Shown here: positions 29,514-37,301 of the stretch, one piece after another
Position numbering within the stretch: position 1 is the stretch's first letter
Layout of the letters: each line of letters begins with the position of its first letter
Assembly (NCBI GenBank): GCA_964438075.1
Contig: CAYTIW010000008.1
Location: 5,359-69,358, forward strand
DNA: 64,000 bases
Reading direction: 5' to 3'
Source of the DNA: an uncultured Planctomycetales bacterium
GTDB lineage: Bacteria > Omnitrophota > Gorgyraeia > Zapsychrales > Fredricksoniimonadaceae
Translations under genes and position numbers: made by a program
The notes under the pieces: model-generated
Database searches by the model: none
Told to the model about the DNA's origin: nothing
Seen by the model: the letters and a program-made list of their open reading frames with translations, nothing else

Positions 29514-29700
29514 ATTTGTTTTAACCCCATATTTTATTATTCATCCGTAGTATATAGTCTTCACTGGGGAGAGAAAAGCAATTATTTAGGAAATGGGCGG
29601 ACAAGAAGCCAGCTTTTACCGGATATATCTCTTCCGACATTGAAGGCAGGTTTCCGCACTAAAGTCAAAATAGAAACGACCCTTCTTGTGAAAAGTCAGA

Positions 29701-30546
29701 TCAAGCTTGATTAAGCCCTCCCGCAAGTTTATCCAATGCCATTGTGGCTGCGAACAGGCCAAAAATGCCGGTTATGGTAGAAAGGCTGCCCAGACGCCGG
29801 CGGCGACGCCCACGTTCAAGCTCCCCCTCCTCCTTTTCGGCGTCAGAGGACAAAGCGTGCACATTCTGAAATTGTTCCGAATAAATACAGGTAATGCCTC
29901 TGCCCACCCCTTCATCTTTCAATCTTCGTCTTATTCTGGCCGCCAAAGGACAGACCCTGGTATCCAACAGGTCTGCGACTTTGACCATAGCGGGATCTGT
30001 ACGGGTAGCAGCCCCCATGGAGGAGATAATGGGGATGCCCGATCTATAAACAGCTGACAAAACCTGGATTTTAGGGCTCAAGGAATCGATAGCATCGATT
30101 ATAACGTCAGGCTTAAGTTCGATCAGGCTCTTAATCACTTTACTATCCACGAAAGCATCAATTGTTTCCACCTGAGCTTCCGGGTTGATACTTAGGACCC
30201 GTTCTCGCGCAGCCAAGGTCTTGGGAAGGCCAAGAGTATTCTCTGTAGCCAGCAACTGGCGATTAATGTTCGCCGGACGGATAATATCGAAATCAGCCAC
30301 TATAAGACGGCCGACCCCTGCCCGGGCCAACCCCTCTAAGGCATAACTGCCCACCGCGCCCAGCCCGATAACACAGGCGCAGCTTTCCTTAAGCCTGGTC
30401 AGTTTGTCCTTGCCTATCAAGAGTTCGGTACGTGAAAACCGTTCCGTTGCGGTAGATCGTGCTGATAAATTCTTCAACCGGCATTCCTTTCCATTCAGCC
30501 GCGGTCTGATAACCTTGTCGTACGGCCTCAACATATTCAATGGCAT
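29701..30546 (-). CDS. tcdA: tRNA threonylcarbamoyladenosine dehydratase (ThiF/MoeB-fold, TcdA/CsdL)
   Basis: RFSRTELLIGKDKLTRLKESCACVIGLGAVGSYALEGLARAGVGRLIVADFDIIRPANINRQ parallels E. coli TcdA as I recall it. The start is uncertain (ATG 30546/30534 or TTG 30477). Every option overlaps tatD. Confidence 0.8.
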   Translation of the reverse strand: MPLNMLRPYDKVIRPRLNGKECRLKNLSARSTATERFSRTELLIGKDKLTRLKESCACVIGLGAVGSYALEGLARAGVGRLIVADFDIIRPANINRQLLATENTLGLPKTLAARERVLSINPEAQVETIDAFVDSKVIKSLIELKPDVIIDAIDSLSPKIQVLSAVYRSGIPIISSMGAATRTDPAMVKVADLLDTRVCPLAARIRRRLKDEGVGRGITCIYSEQFQNVHALSSDAEKEEGELERGRRRRRLGSLSTITGIFGLFAATMALDKLAGGLNQA

Positions 30547-31174
30547 TGGTCCATTTTACCTGATAAGGGAAGTCCGTCTCTATCAGGATACGATCTAGCG
30601 GAAGCGTCCAAAATACTTCCCGGGACGCGGCGTCTGATTTAAGGAATTGCCTGACCGGGATCGAAAAGTACCCCCCCATCCGGGCGATATCTTCGGCGAT
30701 CTCCTTAGAACCATTGAACGAATGCATGAGGAACTTAAGTCCAGAAGCGTTCTTTTTGATAAGGTCCACCGTTTCCGGCCAGGCGCGGACACAATGGACC
30801 GCAAAGGGCCTGCGGTATTTATTGGCCAATTCCAACTGGCCACGGAAAACATCTTTCTGCAGTTCGAAGTCCAGGTTCTTTCGCGCCCGGTCAAGTCCCA
30901 TCTCGCCGGCAAAAGCCCGTTCCCAAGAAAGATATTGTTCAAGGTCCTGGAACGCTTTCTTGTCGGCGAGATCTCCGAACCAAGGATGGAATCCAAAGAA
31001 GGGGACAACACGGGCATCGCGCTCTGCGTAGCTCTTCACCAGCGGCCAATCGACCGGAGTGATCGCACAATTGAAGAAACGGGCCAAGCCTCCTGCAAAG
31101 GCATCCGCAAAGAACTTATCGATCGCCACCGGGTTCTTGATATCCTGAACATGGAGATGCGTATCCTGGAGCAT
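30389..31174 (-). CDS. TatD-family metal-dependent hydrolase/DNase
   Basis: 261 aa. The N-terminal DTHLHV metal-binding motif and later His/Asp blocks (FAVHCVRA, LMHSFNGS, LIETDFP) are present. Confidence 0.85.
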   Translation of the reverse strand: MLQDTHLHVQDIKNPVAIDKFFADAFAGGLARFFNCAITPVDWPLVKSYAERDARVVPFFGFHPWFGDLADKKAFQDLEQYLSWERAFAGEMGLDRARKNLDFELQKDVFRGQLELANKYRRPFAVHCVRAWPETVDLIKKNASGLKFLMHSFNGSKEIAEDIARMGGYFSIPVRQFLKSDAASREVFWTLPLDRILIETDFPYQVKWTNAIEYVEAVRQGYQTAAEWKGMPVEEFISTIYRNGTVFTYRTLDRQGQTDQA

Positions 31175-31240
31175 AAAACTTTACCCGGCAATGGCCCGGG
31201 ATGCCCGTTATTAAGAACTCTTTTGAATAAATATTGGCTG

Positions 31241-31660
31241 TTAAAGCTCGTTCTCGTTTATCAGCTTAAAACCTGCTTTGCGCAGTGCGGCGGAAGCTTT
31301 CTTTACCTCTCCGACTTCCAAGCAACAAATGCCTGTCCCCGTTGGAGTATGCACAAAACCGCGGGCATCACTGAGATTGATCTTCAGCCTCTCAAAATTC
31401 TGGCAGATCTTGTGCAGGTTCCCCGGTCTATCCTTTGCTGTAATGAGGATGACCTCCTTGATCGCCGCGGCATAACCGGCGTTCTGCAACGCCAAACAGG
31501 CGTCATCGGCCTTATCAACCAGCATTTTTAATAAACCGAAATCACCTCGGTCTTGGATGGCAAAAAGGATAATATTCATCTTCTTGGAAGCCAAAAGATC
31601 GGTCACCGCATTAAGGCGGCCGGGTTTATTCTCTACGAACACATTGATTTGCTTGGCCAT
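31241..31660 (-). CDS. ACT-domain (amino-acid-binding) regulatory protein
   Basis: 139 aa. Tandem ACT-like beta-alpha-beta-beta-alpha-beta repeats (INVFVENKPGRLNAVTDLLA...; ITAKDRPGNLHKICQNF...). Confidence 0.7.
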   Translation of the reverse strand: MAKQINVFVENKPGRLNAVTDLLASKKMNIILFAIQDRGDFGLLKMLVDKADDACLALQNAGYAAAIKEVILITAKDRPGNLHKICQNFERLKINLSDARGFVHTPTGTGICCLEVGEVKKASAALRKAGFKLINENEL

Positions 31661-31671
31661 TTATTTTCTCC

Positions 31672-32985
31672 TTAGATCTTTGGTCGATTATCGACAACCC
31701 GTTTGGCCTTGCCTTCAAAAACAGGCAGACTGCCCGGCTCATGCAGCTCGACGACCGGGTTCAAGATGATAGACGCGCGAAGATTTTCCTTGATGGCATC
31801 CTTAAGCCTCTCGATCTCGGAAAGCTCACCGTGGAACATCTTGGAGTATATCTCCACCTTCACGATAAGCCTGTCCAAGGCCCCGTCTTTCTCCAAGTGG
31901 ATCTGATAATTATTGCCCACCTCGGGGATCTTCATGATGACCGATTCAATCTGCGACGGATAAACGTTGACACCGTTAATTATCATCATATCATCGGTAC
32001 GTCCGGTAATACGGGATATCCTTCGATGCGTCCGCCCGCAGGCGCAAGCGCCCTTGATGATAGCAGCCATATCCCGGGTGCGGTAACGGACAAGCGGCGA
32101 GGCTTCGCGGACCAAGTTCGTGAAGACCAGTTCCCCTTCTTTCCCATCAGGCAAGGGCGCGCCTGTCAGGGGATCGATCACCTCAACATAATAGGCATCC
32201 TCCCAAACATGCATACAGTCCTTTTGAACACACTCAAAAGCCACTCCGGGACCGTTCATCTCGCTCAGACCATAGGAATTGAAGACATCGATATTAAAAA
32301 GCTTCTCTATCTTTTTACGCGTATGCTCTGAATACGGTTCCGCGCCCAGATATGCTTTGCTAAGCTTGAGATCAGCCGGTTTCAGTCCGCACTCCGTCAG
32401 GGCCGCATAAATATGCAGCATGTAGCTAGGAGTGATATGTAGAGTAGTGGTGCCGAAATCCTTCATTATCTGGATCTGGCGTTTGGTGTTCCCTCCCCCC
32501 ATGGGAATGACTGTCATCCCCACCCGTTCCGCCCCATAATGCAGCCCCAGTCCACCGGTGAACATGCCGTAACTCATCATGTTCTGGAAGATGTCGTGAG
32601 GCCCGGCCCCGGTGGCCGTTATCGATCTGGCCACCAAGTCGGTCCAGGCTTCCAGATCTTTCTTGGTATGGTGAATGACCGTCGGCGTTCCCGTCGTACC
32701 GCTGGAGGTATGTATACGGACGACCTTGCTCATTGGCACCGAAAGCAGGCCGTAAGGATAACACTCGCGAAGTTCGTCCTTGGTCGTGAACGGGATCTTG
32801 TGTATGTCTTCCAGCGTACGGATATCCGAAACTGACCGGATATCCCAACGTCTCAAGCGTGTTTTGTAAAAAGCAGTGCGTAAAGCGTAAGACAGGACCT
32901 TTTTAAGTCTTTTTATCTGAAGCCTCTCCAGATCCTTTCGGCCGATGCATTCAACTTTCTTGTCCCAATAAACCGTTTTGATCAT
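31672..32985 (-). CDS. paaK: Phenylacetate-CoA ligase family (arylacetate-CoA ligase), copy 2
   Basis: 437 aa. AMP-binding SSGTTGTPTV, PaaK-type N-terminus (...IPFTTKDELRECYPYGLL) and C-terminal GKAKRVVDNR. Its ATGA overlaps the upstream ACT gene. Confidence 0.85.
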   Translation of the reverse strand: MIKTVYWDKKVECIGRKDLERLQIKRLKKVLSYALRTAFYKTRLRRWDIRSVSDIRTLEDIHKIPFTTKDELRECYPYGLLSVPMSKVVRIHTSSGTTGTPTVIHHTKKDLEAWTDLVARSITATGAGPHDIFQNMMSYGMFTGGLGLHYGAERVGMTVIPMGGGNTKRQIQIMKDFGTTTLHITPSYMLHIYAALTECGLKPADLKLSKAYLGAEPYSEHTRKKIEKLFNIDVFNSYGLSEMNGPGVAFECVQKDCMHVWEDAYYVEVIDPLTGAPLPDGKEGELVFTNLVREASPLVRYRTRDMAAIIKGACACGRTHRRISRITGRTDDMMIINGVNVYPSQIESVIMKIPEVGNNYQIHLEKDGALDRLIVKVEIYSKMFHGELSEIERLKDAIKENLRASIILNPVVELHEPGSLPVFEGKAKRVVDNRPKI

Positions 32986-33413
32986 ATCGCCCCGAGTTCC
33001 TTATTGCCGACGACGCGTATATGCTCATCTTTCAAAGCCACGACGGCCTTGGCTGGATCATCAAAACGGAACACCATCATCGCCTTTCCAGCCCTCGGCT
33101 CAACGAAGCCGTACATATACTCCACATTAATATTATGTTTATCAATGGCGCCGAGGACCGTGGCCAATCCGCCGGGCTTATCCTCCACCTCAACCGCGAC
33201 CACTTCAGTCTCATGCACGACAAAACCGTTCTCTTTAAGCAACTTGGCTGTCCCATTAGGGTCTTTGACTAGTATACGCAATACCCCGAAGTTGTCGCTC
33301 TCCGCGACTGTCAAGGCGCGTATATTCACCCGGTTCTCCCCCATAAAAGAACACACATCGTAAAGCCGGCCTTTCTTGTTCTCCAGAAAGATGGAAAGTT
33401 GTATGTGGGTCAT
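32982..33413 (-). CDS. ACT-domain (amino-acid-binding) regulatory protein
   Basis: 143 aa. Paralogous in architecture to 31241-31660 (LSIFLENKKGRLYDVCSFMG...; VEVEDKPGGLATVLGAI...). Confidence 0.7.
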   Translation of the reverse strand: MTHIQLSIFLENKKGRLYDVCSFMGENRVNIRALTVAESDNFGVLRILVKDPNGTAKLLKENGFVVHETEVVAVEVEDKPGGLATVLGAIDKHNINVEYMYGFVEPRAGKAMMVFRFDDPAKAVVALKDEHIRVVGNKELGAI

Positions 33414-33482
33414 GCGGCCTCCATGATTACAGTAGACCTGAAAAGAACGCCCAGATCAACGAGCAGCCCGTCTCAAGTTTCT

Positions 33483-34778
33483 TTATATTTTTCTTTTATC
33501 GATCACGCGCTTCGCCTTGCCTTCGCTGCGCTCTATGGTCCTGGGCTCAACGAGCTTCACCTTAACGTCAATACCCAACACGTCCTCGATCTCTTTACGC
33601 ACCTTATTCTCAAAGGAACGCAGCTCTTTCATCTCGTCCGAAAAGATCTTCTGGTCCACCTCGACCCATACCTCCAGCTGGTCCAAGGCGCCTTCCCGCT
33701 CAACGACCAAAAGGTAATGCGGCATGGTGCCTTCGATCCCCAGAAGAACATGCTCAATTTGCGACGGGAACACATTGATGCCGCGTATGATAAGCATATC
33801 ATCGGTACGTCCCAGGATCTTGCTTATGCGCGGCGTAGTGCGTCCGCACCGGCATTGGGCATGATTTATGGTCACGATATCCCTGGTACGGTAACGCAAC
33901 AGCGGGATCCCGCGTTTGGTGAGCGTTGTGATCACCAGTTCTCCGCGTTCGCCTTCTTTGACTGCCTTTCCGGTCTTGGGATCAATAACTTCGGGGAAGA
34001 ACACATCCCAATTCAGGTGGAGACCGCATTTATGCCGGCATTCCTGCGACACACCCGGGCCGATTATCTCGGAAAGTCCGTAAATATCCGTCGCCAGCAT
34101 ATTCCAGGACTTCTCTATCTCCTGGCGCATGGATTCGCTCCAAGGCTCGGCCCCAAAAATACCGATCTCCCACGAGCTGGACTTCGGATCAATCCCCATG
34201 GCTTTGGCCTCATCCAACATATAGATAGCGTAACTGGGCGTACAAGCCAGAATACGGGGCCTGAAATCATTCATCAGCTTAAGCTGACGCCTGGTCTGCC
34301 CGGCCGACGTCGGAAGAATCTTTAGCCCCATTTCGAGCGAACCATAGTGCAGGCCTAATCCGCCGGTGAAAAGGCCGTAACCATAGGCGATCTGGATCAT
34401 ATCTCCCGGTTCGGCACCGGCACAGCCCAAACAACGCGCCACGACCTCGGCCCAGAGTTTCAGATCCTCCTTGGAATATCCGACCACGGTCGGGTTTCCG
34501 GTCGTGCCGCTCGAAACATGTATCTCAGACGTGTTTTTCAGATCGGAAAAGATGCCGAAGGGATAATTATCGCGCAGGTCATCCTTCACCGTGAAAGGGA
34601 GCTTGGCGATGTCTTCTATGCCCTTTATGGCGCTGGGCTTGACACCGACGGCTTCCAGCTTGCGTTTGTAAACGGCATTATTGTCCCAAAGATAGCGGAT
34701 CATCTTCTTGAGGTATTTGGATTGGACATCCTCGATCTTTTTACGTGAAGCGCATTCGATCTTTTCATTCCATATCAT
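33483..34778 (-). CDS. paaK: Phenylacetate-CoA ligase family (arylacetate-CoA ligase), copy 1
   Basis: 431 aa. SSGTTGNPTV, LPFTVKDDLRDNYPFGIF and GKAKRVIDKR. Its ATGA overlaps the iorB stop. Confidence 0.85.
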   Translation of the reverse strand: MIWNEKIECASRKKIEDVQSKYLKKMIRYLWDNNAVYKRKLEAVGVKPSAIKGIEDIAKLPFTVKDDLRDNYPFGIFSDLKNTSEIHVSSGTTGNPTVVGYSKEDLKLWAEVVARCLGCAGAEPGDMIQIAYGYGLFTGGLGLHYGSLEMGLKILPTSAGQTRRQLKLMNDFRPRILACTPSYAIYMLDEAKAMGIDPKSSSWEIGIFGAEPWSESMRQEIEKSWNMLATDIYGLSEIIGPGVSQECRHKCGLHLNWDVFFPEVIDPKTGKAVKEGERGELVITTLTKRGIPLLRYRTRDIVTINHAQCRCGRTTPRISKILGRTDDMLIIRGINVFPSQIEHVLLGIEGTMPHYLLVVEREGALDQLEVWVEVDQKIFSDEMKELRSFENKVRKEIEDVLGIDVKVKLVEPRTIERSEGKAKRVIDKRKI

Positions 34779-35263
34779 GGCTTGACCTCGCTGAAACCCT
34801 CATTAAATATCCTGATATTATCATCTAAACGTTTATTTCTAAATTCACGCTCCAAAGCATCCATCCAGGAACGCATTGGAAGCTCCAGTCTCGCCGACAA
34901 TGCGCCAAGCATAAAGGTATTTAGGAACATGCGATCGATGTTCTTCTGATGCGCACTGATCAGCTGTTCGTGCAGGTTAATGCCGCCCGGCCTCAGGAAT
35001 GCGCGAAGCCGCTCCTCTTCGCCGGAATGGAAAGGGACCAAGATATCACATTCACCTTTGGGGACCATCGGCGAAAAGACCTGTTCGCCGAAACGCAGAT
35101 GAGACTCAACCGATCCTCCGCGCTGGGCCATGCCATGCACTTCGGACTTTTTCACATGGAAACCGGCGAAGACCGCTGCCCAGCCGCACACTTCGGACGC
35201 TTTAAGCACACCCTGTCCACCGGTACCGCAAAATAAAATATTCTTTGTAGCCCCTGCCGACAT
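34775..35263 (-). CDS. iorB: Indolepyruvate:ferredoxin oxidoreductase subunit beta
   Basis: 162 aa. The N-terminal NILFCGTGGQGVLKASEVCGWAA...EVHGMAQRGGSV is typical of IorB / 2-oxoacid oxidoreductase gamma-type domains. SD is GGAAGAAGG. Confidence 0.8.
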   Translation of the reverse strand: MSAGATKNILFCGTGGQGVLKASEVCGWAAVFAGFHVKKSEVHGMAQRGGSVESHLRFGEQVFSPMVPKGECDILVPFHSGEEERLRAFLRPGGINLHEQLISAHQKNIDRMFLNTFMLGALSARLELPMRSWMDALEREFRNKRLDDNIRIFNEGFSEVKP

Positions 35264-35445
35264 TATCTAAACCTTCTTCCAAAACCCCTGATATTCAAAT
35301 GTTCAACTTTGGCGGGTGAATTTAATTCTACAACTGCCCAATATGAAAACCAAACTAAAAAAATTATCGCGACAACAGCTGTCAATGCCACGATAAATTC
35401 AGAGAACTTGGGATCGCCTCGCACAACAACGGGACCCTATTCAGA

Positions 35446-37167
35446 TCATGGTTTAAGTAAGGCACCAAACTTGCATGATGACACGCAGACATAACAACCA
35501 ACGCACACATCCTGATCCACCTTGATAGTGCCGTCCTCGGCCTTAGACAAGGCCGGACAGCCGATGTTCAGGCACATATAGCACTTCTTGCATTGCTCGG
35601 CCATGAACTTGACCTTGGGCCGCTTGGCACGGTTTATCAACTTGCATGGGGTGCGCGTGATAACCACCGAAATAGCATCCTCTTCAAGGCGACGGCGTAA
35701 CAGGCTCTCCAACGCGGTGGTGTCATAAGCAGAGATCACGTCCACATTATCGACCCCGCAAGCCTTACATATATCTTCCAAGACCAGTTGTTTGGTAGGG
35801 ACACCTTTGGCCGTCTCACCAGTCGCCGGATGAGGTTGAGTTCCGGTCATGGCGGTGGTCGAATTGTCCAATATAAGCATCACGCCTTTTGTTTGATTAT
35901 ATACTGCGTTGACAAGCCCTGTGATCCCGGAATGCACGAATGTCGAGTCGCCTATCACCCCCACGACACTTTTACCCAGATTCTTGCGGAACCCTTCGAA
36001 CATGGTCACACCGGCCCCCATACACAGGCACGTCTGCAGAACGCTCAAAGGGGCCAAAGCGCCCAAAGTATAACAACCTATGTCCCCGGTCACAGTGAGC
36101 TTCAGCTTCTTGAGCACACTATAGACTCCTCTGTGCGGACATCCCGGGCACATAACCGGTTTGCGGGTCGTGGCAATCTCCGGGCTTCGCTCCACGCCGC
36201 TTACCACATCCTTTACATCTTCAGGACGTATCTCGCCTACCCGCCAACTGGGATGCTTGGCCCGATGCTTAATGCCGAGACGGGCAAGCTCTTCCTCCAA
36301 GAAAGGCTCAAGCTCTTCAAGCACGACGATATCATCCACTTTCGTAGCGAATTCCCTGATGAGCTTTTCCGGGAAAGGATAGGGAAAACCCAGCTTAAGG
36401 AATGAGGCATCCGGGAAGAATTCTCGTAAATAAAGATATGAGACGCCGCTGGTTACGAATCCAAGCTTGGTATTATTAATGTAGATTTTATTAAGTTCGC
36501 TCTGCTCTGCCTCAGCCTTTAAAAGCAACAGCCGTTTTTCGAGCTCTATGTGACGAAAATAGGCATTACGCGGGACCATAACGTATTTGGCCGGATCGGA
36601 CTTGAACCATCGAGCAGGCGGCTCGGAACGCTCACCGGTCTCAATGTTCTCCTTGGTATGAGCCACGCGGGTCGTTAACCGCACCATAACCGGAGTATCG
36701 AATCTTTCGCTCAGTTCAAAGGCGTAGGGCATGAAAGCCTTTGATTCTCCAGGATCAGATGGCTCCAGCAGCGGCAATTTGGCGAATCTGGCCACATAAC
36801 GGTTATCCTGTTCGTTCTGCGAGGAATGCAGGCCAGGCTCGTCCGCAGTTACGACCACGAAACCGGCGTTCACGCCTGTATAGGCCGATGTCATAAGAGG
36901 GTCCATAGCCACGTTGATGCCGACATGTTTGGCTGAAAATAGGGAACGAACGCCTGCCACAGCGGCCGCATACGCAACCTCGTACGCCACTTTTTCGTTA
37001 ACAGACCATTGGGCGTTCACTTCAGGATATTGCGCCAGAGATTCCAGTATTTCGGTTGCCGGAGTACCGGGATAGGATGCGGCAAACGAAACCCCCGCTT
37101 CCCAAGCGCCGCGGGCCAAAGCCTCGTCCCCGGAAAGAAAACGGATATTTGACGGGATATTGGACAT
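35446..37167 (-). CDS. iorA: Indolepyruvate:ferredoxin oxidoreductase subunit alpha
   Basis: It has a TPP-dependent 2-oxoacid:ferredoxin oxidoreductase layout (LSGDEALARGAWEAGV..., GDIGCYTLG, GDSTFVHSG). A C-terminal 2x[4Fe-4S] ferredoxin domain is present (CKKCYMCLNIGCP...CVGCYVCVSSC). The track start at 37233 is TTG inside the upstream terminator. The first ATG is 37167. Confidence 0.88.
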   Translation of the reverse strand: MSNIPSNIRFLSGDEALARGAWEAGVSFAASYPGTPATEILESLAQYPEVNAQWSVNEKVAYEVAYAAAVAGVRSLFSAKHVGINVAMDPLMTSAYTGVNAGFVVVTADEPGLHSSQNEQDNRYVARFAKLPLLEPSDPGESKAFMPYAFELSERFDTPVMVRLTTRVAHTKENIETGERSEPPARWFKSDPAKYVMVPRNAYFRHIELEKRLLLLKAEAEQSELNKIYINNTKLGFVTSGVSYLYLREFFPDASFLKLGFPYPFPEKLIREFATKVDDIVVLEELEPFLEEELARLGIKHRAKHPSWRVGEIRPEDVKDVVSGVERSPEIATTRKPVMCPGCPHRGVYSVLKKLKLTVTGDIGCYTLGALAPLSVLQTCLCMGAGVTMFEGFRKNLGKSVVGVIGDSTFVHSGITGLVNAVYNQTKGVMLILDNSTTAMTGTQPHPATGETAKGVPTKQLVLEDICKACGVDNVDVISAYDTTALESLLRRRLEEDAISVVITRTPCKLINRAKRPKVKFMAEQCKKCYMCLNIGCPALSKAEDGTIKVDQDVCVGCYVCVSSCKFGALLKP

Positions 37168-37231
37168 GGAAGAGATTATACAATTGAAAAAGGAATAGTC
37201 ATAAAGCTTTTTCTTACTTGAATCAAACAAC

Positions 37232-37260
37232 AAAAAAAGGCGCTGAAAGGCGCCTTTTTT
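37232..37260. terminator. Bidirectional rho-independent terminator
   Basis: AAAAAAAGGCGC-TGAAAG-GCGCCTTTTTT: a 5-bp GC stem extendable by A:T pairs, flanked by an A7 run and a T6 run. It sits 41 nt after the minus-strand anti-sigma::vWA stop and upstream of iorA. Confidence 0.8.
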
Positions 37261-37301
37261 GCGATAAATCTCTCAATGCTTTCTTATGCTAGCGGTTATG
37301 G

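Noticed and set aside
29514-29700. 38-codon minus-strand ORF (MSEEIYPVKAGF...) upstream of gspE
   Set aside because: It has no SD and no recognisable features. The region is more likely the promoter/5' UTR of the secretion operon.
30647-34325. Long + strand ORFs 30647-31531 (294 aa) and 33399-34325 (308 aa)
   Set aside because: They are antisense to the well-supported tatD and paaK genes, and no motifs were recognised in them.
35309-35494. 61-aa + strand ORF in the iorA-iorB spacer
   Set aside because: It has a TTG start, overlaps the iorA 3' end in antisense, and gives a Thr/Asn-rich low-complexity translation.
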